Virus genome (UHGV): UHGV-1980310
Strand: one strand, 5' to 3'
Source of the DNA: a virus
DNA: 21,283 bases
The notes beneath the pieces were generated by a model. It did no database searches. It saw only the letters and a program-made list of their open reading frames with translations, and was not told the DNA's origin. The position numbers and the translations under genes were made by a program. Of the stretch, positions 8,796 to 15,932 are shown one piece after another; the first letter of the stretch is position 1, and each line of letters opens with the position of its first letter.

Positions 8796-9742
8796 TGCCT
8801 ACCCCGATCACACCGGCGATGATCACCGCCCTGATGACGGGCTACCGTTCTGATTTTCAGGCCGGGATGTCCATGGCTCCGTCTCAGTACCAGAAAATTG
8901 CGATGACCGTACCGTCCACGTCGAAATCCAACACCTACGGCTGGCTGGGGCAGTTCCCGCAGTTCCGTGAGTGGATCGGCTCCCGCGTCATCGAGAAGAT
9001 GAAAGCCTATGGCTACGCCATCGTGAACAAAACCTTTGAAGGCACCGTTGCCATTAGCCGCGATGACTTTGAAGACGACAATCTTGGCATCTACTCCCCG
9101 TTGTTCCAGGAGATGGGGCGCGCTGCGGCGGCACAACCGGATGAACTGGTCTTTGCTGCACTGCGTGATGGTCTGAATGCGGCCTGCTATGACGGCCAGA
9201 ACTTCTTTGATACCGAACACCCTGTTTACCCCAAAGTGGATGGCTCCGGTGATGCACAGATGGTCAGCAATATGTTTGTGGCAAAAACCGGCTCTGTCGG
9301 TGCACAGGCGGATTACAGCGGCCCGGCCTGGTATCTGCTTGACTGCTCCCGCGCGGTAAAACCGCTGATTTATCAGGATCGCCGCAAGGCCGAACTGGTT
9401 GCCCAGACAAAAGTCGATGAAGGCCGTGCGTTTACTGATAACGAGTTTGTGTTCGGTGCTTCCGCCCGTCGCAATGTGGGCTACGGCTTCTGGCAGATGG
9501 CCTACATGATGCAGTCACCGCTGACGCTGGATGCGCTGTGGCACGGCTGGTCAGCCATGCGTGACTTTAAGGCTGACGGTGGCCGCAAACTCGGCATCAA
9601 ACCCACCCATATTGTTGTCCCCACCTCGCTGGAAAAACAGGCGGTGCAGCTGCTGGAGCGCGAGCTGTTCGCGGACGGTAACACCACCGTCTCTAACGAG
9701 ATGAAGGGCAAGCTGGAGCTGGTTGTCGCGGATTATCTGTAA
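8795..9742 (+). CDS. Major head (capsid) subunit, Mu T-like
   Basis: 315 aa, follows the I-like gene with TAATG coupling; size and position match Mu gpT. Confidence 0.65.
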   Translation: MPTPITPAMITALMTGYRSDFQAGMSMAPSQYQKIAMTVPSTSKSNTYGWLGQFPQFREWIGSRVIEKMKAYGYAIVNKTFEGTVAISRDDFEDDNLGIYSPLFQEMGRAAAAQPDELVFAALRDGLNAACYDGQNFFDTEHPVYPKVDGSGDAQMVSNMFVAKTGSVGAQADYSGPAWYLLDCSRAVKPLIYQDRRKAELVAQTKVDEGRAFTDNEFVFGASARRNVGYGFWQMAYMMQSPLTLDALWHGWSAMRDFKADGGRKLGIKPTHIVVPTSLEKQAVQLLERELFADGNTTVSNEMKGKLELVVADYL

Positions 9743-9785
9743 ACGGTGAGCCGGGCTTACGGCCCGGCCCCTGCGGAGGGCAAAT

Positions 9786-10145
9786 ATGAATGAACATCAC
9801 ACTGTGGCAGCAACAGATGATTTAGGCCTTCAGGTCAGTGGTGACAGTCCTGTCACGGTACTGGCAGAAGTGCGTTGCAGTCGTGCGCAGTTTCGTCGTG
9901 CGGGGTTCCTGTTCATGCGGGGACGCCAGCAGGTTGACGTCACCCCGGAGCAGCTTGCCCGACTGGAAGCGGAGCCATGCCTCACTGTACGAATACTACA
10001 GACGCCTGGTGATGATGCGGGAGCCGTGGCGGGTGTGGTTCATGCAGAGACCGGTGCAGATTTAGCCGAAGCCGAAACCGTACAGGATGCTCCCCGGAAA
10101 AAGACCGGCAATAACGCCAGACAGGCGAAAAAGGCGCGCGCATGA
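9786..10145 (+). CDS. Hypothetical head/neck protein
   Basis: GGAGGG RBS; first gene of a tightly coupled block (ATGA overlaps) between the capsid gene and the putative sheath gene. Confidence 0.45.
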   Translation: MNEHHTVAATDDLGLQVSGDSPVTVLAEVRCSRAQFRRAGFLFMRGRQQVDVTPEQLARLEAEPCLTVRILQTPGDDAGAVAGVVHAETGADLAEAETVQDAPRKKTGNNARQAKKARA

Positions 10146-10561
10146 ATTACGCCACCGAAACCGATATGCGGGCACGTTACCGCGAGGATTTGCTCAGGCC
10201 ATTACTGGCCGTGCCCCGTTCGGATGAACCGGACACGCGCAAGCTGAACCGGGCACTGACGGACGCGTCTGCCCTTATCGACAGCTATCTGTCTTCCCGT
10301 TACACGCTGCCGCTGGCGGTGGTTCCGGCGGTCCTTGTTCAGCATTGCTGCACGATTGCCTTTTATTACCTGTGCGATCAGCGGGCATCCGATCAGGCGC
10401 GTGACCGTTACCGTGAGGCGCTGGCCTGGCTGAAAGATGTCATGAACGGTAACGTGCCGGTCGGCGTGGATACAGACGGTGCGGCCCCTGAATCCGGGGA
10501 TTTACCGCAGGTGCAGTCTGATGCGGCGGTGTTCGGGCGCAACCAGAAGGGCTTTATATGA
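10142..10561 (+). CDS. Mu gp36-like (DUF1320-type) head-tail joining protein
   Basis: ATGA overlap with the upstream gene; ~140 aa; N-terminus and position are consistent with Mu gp36 homologues. Assigned from memory of the family. Confidence 0.45.
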   Translation: MNYATETDMRARYREDLLRPLLAVPRSDEPDTRKLNRALTDASALIDSYLSSRYTLPLAVVPAVLVQHCCTIAFYYLCDQRASDQARDRYREALAWLKDVMNGNVPVGVDTDGAAPESGDLPQVQSDAAVFGRNQKGFI

Positions 10562-11121
10562 TTACGGAAACCGAACAGGCATATATCACCCGTATTCGTG
10601 AGTATTTCGGGAATGAACTGGTGTCTGTTGACACACATCCCGGCGACTGGAGCGACAGCGTGCTGCGCACCATGCTGATTAACGCCCCGGCTATCTATGT
10701 TGCCTGGCTGGGTGCCGGTGAAGGGCGTACCCGTGGGCGTCTGGTCAGTCACTGGGTGTTCTACGTCATCGGCGACATGCTCAATGGCCGTGAGGTCAGC
10801 CGTCCCGGGCTTTATCAGATTGTGGCCCGCCTGATTACCGTGCTGGACGGCTTCAGAGCAGAAAAAACCTCACCGCTTTACTTTGAAAAGGCGGTCAACG
10901 GTTACACCGAAACGCAGGCAGGCAGCGGTGCCGTGATGTACGCCCTGTATTTCTCATGCGAGGAAATGATCGACCCGCTGACGGATATCAGCTCGCTGGA
11001 TGATTTCCTGCGCCATTACGAAACCTTTACCGAACCGGAAGGCACGCCGGAATTTAAGGCACACATCCGTCTGCCTGGTGCAACTGCCGCCGGTGAAAAC
11101 GCCGGACTGTCAGAGGAATAA
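10558..11121 (+). CDS. Mu gp37-like protein
   Basis: ATGA overlap with the upstream gene; size and position match Mu gp37. Confidence 0.45.
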   Translation: MITETEQAYITRIREYFGNELVSVDTHPGDWSDSVLRTMLINAPAIYVAWLGAGEGRTRGRLVSHWVFYVIGDMLNGREVSRPGLYQIVARLITVLDGFRAEKTSPLYFEKAVNGYTETQAGSGAVMYALYFSCEEMIDPLTDISSLDDFLRHYETFTEPEGTPEFKAHIRLPGATAAGENAGLSEE

Positions 11122-11124
11122 CAG

Positions 11125-11403
11125 ATGACAACCATTTTTATTAAACCTGCGCCGGGATGCCTGATCCGCGATCCCGACACGATGACTCCGCTCTCTCAGG
11201 ACGGGGAAGAGAAACCCTTCACTCCGTTCTGGTGCCGCCGTCTTAATGATGGCGACGTCATTGTGGTGGATAAAACGGCGGAGCCTGCCCCGGCTGCCAC
11301 AACAGGTAATACCGGCGCGGCGGCAAAACCAGCGGGAGCGGCAGCAGAAAAAACTGCGGCGGTGGCTGAAAAAACCGCAGCATCAGATAAGGGGACGTCC
11401 TGA
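11125..11403 (+). CDS. Mu gp38-like small protein with Ala/Thr-rich low-complexity C-terminus
   Basis: 92-aa ORF in the gp38 position; repetitive AAEKTAA motifs at the C-terminus. Confidence 0.4.
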   Translation: MTTIFIKPAPGCLIRDPDTMTPLSQDGEEKPFTPFWCRRLNDGDVIVVDKTAEPAPAATTGNTGAAAKPAGAAAEKTAAVAEKTAASDKGTS

Positions 11404-13025
11404 TGATTAACTTTGATTATATCGGCGATAACAATCGCATTCCGCTGGTACAGATTGAAATCAATAATTCAATGGCCGTGACCGGCACTCCACCACAGCG
11501 TCAGGCGGTACTGTTGTTTGGTCAGGCTGCAATGAAAGACACCACCATTCAGGGGCGCGGTCAGCTTGATGTACCAGTACGTATTACCCGAGCTTCACAA
11601 GCAAGAGAACTCTGGGGGCGAGGTTCCATGATTGCACTGATGGTAGAGGAATTTATCGCCATTAACCCTGACACAGAGTTATATGCCATTGCACAGGGGG
11701 CTGGAACAGGTCAGTCCAGGGCATGCGTGATGAATATCATTGGAACAGCATTGGCAGACGGGGTGTTAAGTGTTTACATCGGCGGTCGCCGTTACCTCCT
11801 GCCCGTCAGTAAGGGGAAAAAAGGTAAAGAGCTTGTGGAAGAGCTGGCTAAGGTCATTAACGCTGACACTGATGCGCCATTCACTGCTATCGCAGCTGAA
11901 GTCAGTGGTGATAATGCTGAAGGACTTAAAGGCAGCATGGGGGTTAACGCCCGCTTTATCGGTGAATGCTCAGCTCATGATTTACGGGTGAACTATTATG
12001 ACGGTGAAACTACACCGGCCGGTCTTACGCTGGAGCTCGTCGCGCCAACACAGAAGGCAACAAACCCCGATATCACCCGTAGCGTCTCAGGGATGGGGAA
12101 TCGTCAGTACAACTACATCGTCATGCCCTATAAGGATGCGGCAAATCTCAAAATTCTGGCGGATGAACTGCTGAAACGCTGGGGACCGGTAAAAATGTCG
12201 GACGGTATGGTCTGGATGGCGCATACCGGCACCTTCGGTACGGCAACCAGTTTTGGTGAATCCCGTAATGACTTCCTGTTTACCTGCACTTCTATTCCTA
12301 AAGCACCAGAGCCGGATTATGTCTGGGCGGCCTCCATTTGTGCGGTCTGTGCGCCCTCCCTGTCAACGGATCCGGCCCGACCATTACAGACACTGGCGCT
12401 GCCTGCCCGTATGGCACCTGAAGCACCAGCTCGTCTGACGCGGGAAGAGCGAAACAGCCTGCTTTATACCGGCATGTCCACGGTGACCGTCGCGGCCGCT
12501 GACATGGTGCAGATTGAACGTCAGGTGACGATGTACCGTCAGAATGCATACGGCGAAAGCGATCCCAGCTATCTGGATGTGGAAACCATCTACACCCTGT
12601 CATATCTGCGTTATTCCCTGCGCACCTTTATCACGCAACGTTTTCCGCGCCATAAACTGGCTGATGACGGGACGCCTGTTCGTGCAGGTCAGAATATCGT
12701 GACGCCGGAGATCATGAAACTTCAGTTAATTTCGCTGGGTGAAGAATGGGTGGAGCTGGGACTGGTCGAAAATCTGGACACCTTTAAAAAGAATCTGCTC
12801 GTGGAGCGCAACACAAAAGACCGTAACCGTCTGGATGTGATGTGTACACCGGATCTGGTTAACCAGTTCCGCTTCATGGCCGCGCACCCGGATTACGGCA
12901 CGTTAAATGTGCTGATAAACAGCTTTGAAAGTCGTTATAACGCTGCTGAACAGGGCGTGGTTGAGTTCACCATTAATGTCACGCCGGTAAGTGATGATAT
13001 CTGGGGTTACCGGAATGTGATATGA
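11403..13025 (+). CDS. Putative contractile tail sheath protein (Mu L position), 540 aa
   Basis: Large ORF in the sheath position after gp36-38-like genes, with TGATG coupling. Assigned by synteny only. Confidence 0.5.
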   Translation: MINFDYIGDNNRIPLVQIEINNSMAVTGTPPQRQAVLLFGQAAMKDTTIQGRGQLDVPVRITRASQARELWGRGSMIALMVEEFIAINPDTELYAIAQGAGTGQSRACVMNIIGTALADGVLSVYIGGRRYLLPVSKGKKGKELVEELAKVINADTDAPFTAIAAEVSGDNAEGLKGSMGVNARFIGECSAHDLRVNYYDGETTPAGLTLELVAPTQKATNPDITRSVSGMGNRQYNYIVMPYKDAANLKILADELLKRWGPVKMSDGMVWMAHTGTFGTATSFGESRNDFLFTCTSIPKAPEPDYVWAASICAVCAPSLSTDPARPLQTLALPARMAPEAPARLTREERNSLLYTGMSTVTVAAADMVQIERQVTMYRQNAYGESDPSYLDVETIYTLSYLRYSLRTFITQRFPRHKLADDGTPVRAGQNIVTPEIMKLQLISLGEEWVELGLVENLDTFKKNLLVERNTKDRNRLDVMCTPDLVNQFRFMAAHPDYGTLNVLINSFESRYNAAEQGVVEFTINVTPVSDDIWGYRNVI

Positions 13026-13351
13026 CCGGCGCAACCATTCAGGAGCGTCAGCGTTATGCCGGGAATAAATACCGGATGAAACCCTCTCTTAACCGTGAAT
13101 TTTATATCCGGTTTGCGGCAGAGTTTGGTTATGAAATAGATATTCAGCCATCACCGGATTCACAGTGGGTCAGTATTGTCACGATTAACAGTGAAACCGG
13201 CTACCGGAATATGAATGTGCTGGATGATATTCTCACGCCGCTGCGTATTTATGAAGGCGGTGCGCTGGAATGTATTCTGAACCGTTATAAGCCTGCATGG
13301 CAGACGTTTATTTACGTGTATGCAAACAGCCATGAAGAGGAGACTATTTAA
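13022..13351 (+). CDS. Short DUF2313 / Mu gp48-like protein, apparently only the C-terminal half
   Basis: C-terminal motif [14 protein letters not shown] and central [13 protein letters not shown] resemble YmfQ / Mu gp48-family proteins, which are ~190 aa. Sits directly upstream of the tail fibre gene as gp48 does in Mu. Recollection-based. Confidence 0.4.
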   Translation: MTGATIQERQRYAGNKYRMKPSLNREFYIRFAAEFGYEIDIQPSPDSQWVSIVTINSETGYRNMNVLDDILTPLRIYEGGALECILNRYKPAWQTFIYVYANSHEEETI

Positions 13352-14241
13352 TGTTTCATGTTGATAATAATTCCGGCGTGGCGAATATGCCTGCGCTGGC
13401 ACCAGCGCAGAGTAATACCACCACCTGGTTTACCGAAGGTGACGGACAAAAAGGTATCAGCTGGATTGGTCAGGACTGGCTGAATATTCTCCAGGCCGAA
13501 CTGCTGAATATTCTGGCTGAAGCCAGTATTCAGCCGGATAAGGCGCAGTTAAACCAGCTTACGCTGTCCATTAAAGCCATTATCGCTGCGAATGCCTTTT
13601 CCCGGAAAAATAACCTGAAAGAAATTGCTGATGCCGGTGCGGAGGCCCAGCGTCTGGCCCGTGGTTATCTTGGTCTGGGGACGCTTGCCACAAAAAACAG
13701 TCTTGGTCCCGCTGACGTTAATGCCCTGGCGAAGGATCAGAATCTCGCCGACCTAGAGAATAAGGGAACCGCCCGTAATAATCTGGATGTTTACAGCAAA
13801 AGCGAAGGTGATAACCGTTACCTGCGCAGGGAGCAGAACGGCGCAGACATTCCGGATAAAGGGGCTTTTATCGATAACGTCGGTTTACGGGAAACGGTAA
13901 ACAGGGCGGCGAATGCTCTGCCATCGGACGGCACCGCCGTTGCCGCGAATAGACTCGCCACCCCAAGAAATATTAATGGGGTTCCCTTTGACGGGACGCA
14001 GGACATAAACATCACTTCTGGTATAACACAGCAGGATGCGGATTCCCGATATATCCAGGATATCAGGCTGGGAGCAGAGAACAGGCAGGTAATGTACGGT
14101 GGGGCATATTACTCTGCGTACGGTAATGTTATGGCAGGCCTGCAGATTGACAGTAAAGTTGATGCTTCAAACGATTTTATAGCATTCAGACCCCTGCAAA
14201 AATTAGTCGGAGGTACATGGATTACGGTATCTCAGTTATAA
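13351..14241 (+). CDS. Tail fibre protein (Mu S / P2 H type); constant N-terminus fused to variable C-terminal cassette Sv in the current orientation
   Basis: C-terminus [29 protein letters not shown] and [12 protein letters not shown] are hallmark P2 H / Mu S motifs. The gene spans the left crossover site at 13868-13893. Confidence 0.8.
   Translation: MFHVDNNSGVANMPALAPAQSNTTTWFTEGDGQKGISWIGQDWLNILQAELLNILAEASIQPDKAQLNQLTLSIKAIIAANAFSRKNNLKEIADAGAEAQRLARGYLGLGTLATKNSLGPADVNALAKDQNLADLENKGTARNNLDVYSKSEGDNRYLRREQNGADIPDKGAFIDNVGLRETVNRAANALPSDGTAVAANRLATPRNINGVPFDGTQDINITSGITQQDADSRYIQDIRLGAENRQVMYGGAYYSAYGNVMAGLQIDSKVDASNDFIAFRPLQKLVGGTWITVSQL
13868..13893. repeat. Left crossover site (gix/hix-like 26-bp imperfect palindrome) of the invertible segment
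   Basis: TTATCGATAACGTCGGTTTACGGGAA; its inner half is identical to the inner half of the right site and resembles Gin/Hin-family recombination sites. Confidence 0.6.
13881..14005. repeat. Left arm of ~120-bp imperfect inverted repeat flanking the invertible segment
   Basis: Reverse complement of ~15075-15197 matches this stretch with a few mismatches (for example GGCGGCGAATGC(T/C)CTGCCATCGGACGGCACCGCCGTTGCCGCGAA). Confidence 0.65.
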
Positions 14242-14292
14242 ATAGTCAGTAAATAATATATTTTAAAACAGATTTATTTCCAGGAGGATTTT

Positions 14293-14814
14293 ATGGAACT
14301 AAAAAATATAACCCGTTATTATCCTGAAAATATGCCATATGGTAATAATGTTCAGTATTTCCAGAGTGAAGATGGTAAGGATTTCTACGAATCCCTGCCA
14401 TTATTCACCAAAAAATATAAACTTTGCATAACACCTGACAGCGGCGTTATCTGCTCAATATCACAGGACGCCTCGGCGCTGTATCCTGCGGGGTTTTCTG
14501 TGGTTGAGGTCGATGAACTCCCTGAAGGCACGGATATTTCAGGAAACTGGAAGTTTGATAATGGCATAATCTCCCGTATTCCGGTTAACTACGCAAGAAA
14601 ACTGGAAGCAATGCGCCAGTCATATCTTAATCAGGCATATGAAAAAATTAATGACTGGAGAACGGAGCTACAACTGGGCACCATCAGCGATGAAGACAGA
14701 GCAGCACTTACCCAATGGATGGCATACATCAGTCAGGTGAAGAAAATGGAACTACCCGCCATTAAAACAGAAGCTGAATTTAACGCCATTAAATGGCCTG
14801 AGCAGCCACAGTAA
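14293..14814 (+). CDS. Tail fibre assembly chaperone (Mu U / P2 G type)
   Basis: AGGAGG RBS; 173 aa; C-terminal region (QWMAYISQVKKMELP...IKWPEQP) is typical of tail-fibre assembly proteins. Immediately downstream of the fibre gene. Confidence 0.8.
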   Translation: MELKNITRYYPENMPYGNNVQYFQSEDGKDFYESLPLFTKKYKLCITPDSGVICSISQDASALYPAGFSVVEVDELPEGTDISGNWKFDNGIISRIPVNYARKLEAMRQSYLNQAYEKINDWRTELQLGTISDEDRAALTQWMAYISQVKKMELPAIKTEAEFNAIKWPEQPQ

Positions 14815-14817
14815 TAA

Positions 14818-14837
14818 AGAAGGCCGGAAGGCCTTCT
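14818..14837. terminator. Bidirectional hairpin between convergent U and S'v
   Basis: AGAAGGCC-GGAA-GGCCTTCT: 8-bp GC-rich stem with a 4-nt loop, 4 nt after the U stop and 9 nt from the S'v stop. Confidence 0.5.
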
Positions 14838-14845
14838 GAATATCA

Positions 14846-15197
14846 TTATATACTTGCAGCCGTCACCCATGCTCCATTTAACAGATACTGCAACGGCCGG
14901 TAATACACGCCGCCGACGTTATCTGCCGTATTCTTACCGACATCCTGTACTTTAATTCCGGTAAGAACATTGCCGCCCCCCAGATTCAGATCCCAGCTTT
15001 CCCATGTTCCGGGCATATGTGCGGTCACCGACCCCAGTCTTATGGCGGTTACTGTTCCTGATGAGATAGTGATATCCTGCGTCCCGTCAAAGGGAACACC
15101 ATTAATTGTGTGGGCATTTGCCAGCCTGTTCGCGGCAACGGCGGTGCCGTCCGATGGCAGGGCATTCGCCGCCCTGTTTACCGTTTCCCGTAAACCG
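14846..15197 (-). other. Alternative tail-fibre C-terminal cassette (S'v), promoterless and inverted; would fuse to the constant part of S after inversion
   Basis: Minus-strand frame is open from the right crossover site down to the stop at 14846. It encodes ...[25 protein letters not shown]... (shared with Sv) then a divergent end ...YRPLQYLLNGAWVTAASI that parallels the Sv terminus. Confidence 0.7.
15075..15197. repeat. Right arm of ~120-bp imperfect inverted repeat flanking the invertible segment
   Basis: See left arm; the antisense shadow ORFs of the two arms translate to near-identical peptides. Confidence 0.65.
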
Positions 15198-15210
15198 AGG
15201 TTTTCAGGAA
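15185..15210. repeat. Right crossover site (gix/hix-like) of the invertible segment
   Basis: TTCCCGTAAACCGAGGTTTTCAGGAA, in inverted orientation to the left site; lies ~65 bp upstream of the invertase gene. Confidence 0.6.
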
Positions 15211-15275
15211 AGCCAGGATTAACTCTGTTTTATTCCTCATGCGACAATTCCGGCTTTTTATAATAAGGAAATCGT

Positions 15276-15847
15276 ATGCTGATTGGGTATATCAGGGTGT
15301 CAACAAATGACCAGAATACGGCGCTACAAAGAAATGCGCTGGAATGTGCAGGATGTGAGCTGTTTTTCGAAGACAGAATAAGCGGTAAGACAAGGGAGCG
15401 TCCCGGACTTAAACGCGCATTAAAGCGACTCCGGCCAGGGGATACCCTGCTGGTCTGGAAACTGGATCGCCTTGGACGCAGTATGCAGCACCTTGTCCTT
15501 TTAACAGAAGAACTCCGGCAACGCGGCGTTAACTTCCGCAGCATTACGGACAATATTGATACATCCACTCCCATGGGACGTTTCTTTTCCATATAATGGG
15601 CGCGCTGGCGGAAATGGAGCGGGAACTCATTATTGAACGTACACGCGCGGGTCTTGCTGCTGCCCGTGCTCAGGGGCGTCATGGCGGCAGACCTCAGAAA
15701 CTGACAGAGAAAGAGCGGGAGCAAATCGCCCGTTTGCTGGCTAATGGCGAGTCCCGTAAACAAATCGCACTGATATTTGATATTGGCCTTTCCACCCTTT
15801 ATCGTTATTTTCCTGCCTCACCAGCTCCGTCACCAAAAGTACCGTGA
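15276..15847 (+). pseudogene. gin: Gin/Hin/Pin/Cin-family serine DNA invertase, disrupted by a 1-nt frameshift
   Basis: N-terminal ORF (15276-15596, catalytic motif GYIRVSTNDQ) ends ...MGRFFSI*; the next frame continues MGALAEMERELIIERTRAGL... through the C-terminal HTH. Invertases read ...GRFFFH(V/I)MGALAEMERE, so one T is missing from the T-run at 15585-15588. Confidence 0.8.
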
Positions 15848-15932
15848 CGCTTTTTTGAATTTCCGCAAAACACATATTTTTCAGCGGTCGCTATTCTGAC
15901 TCTGTTTAATTCAGAAACAGGCAGAAAAGACG

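Noticed and set aside
7881-9257. Minus-strand ORFs (for example 8201-8659, 8229-8792, 8663-9220) overlapping the I-like and T-like genes
   Set aside because: Antisense shadows of GC-rich head genes; Arg/Ser/Cys-rich translations typical of non-coding frames.
11280-11403. Apparent tandem repeats in the gp38-like gene
   Set aside because: Low-complexity Ala/Glu/Lys/Thr coding repeats (AAEKTAA) inside an ORF; compositional, not a separate element.
13818-15263. Similar peptides from ORFs 13818-14015 (minus) and 14970-15263 (plus)
   Set aside because: Both are antisense shadows of the two inverted-repeat arms of the tail-fibre cassette; the similarity reflects the repeat, not a duplicated gene.
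15230-15763. 177-aa minus-strand ORF overlapping the invertase gene
   Set aside because: Antisense to the recognisable gin reading frames; its apparent continuity with the S'v frame is because both are stop-free antisense stretches, not one gene.
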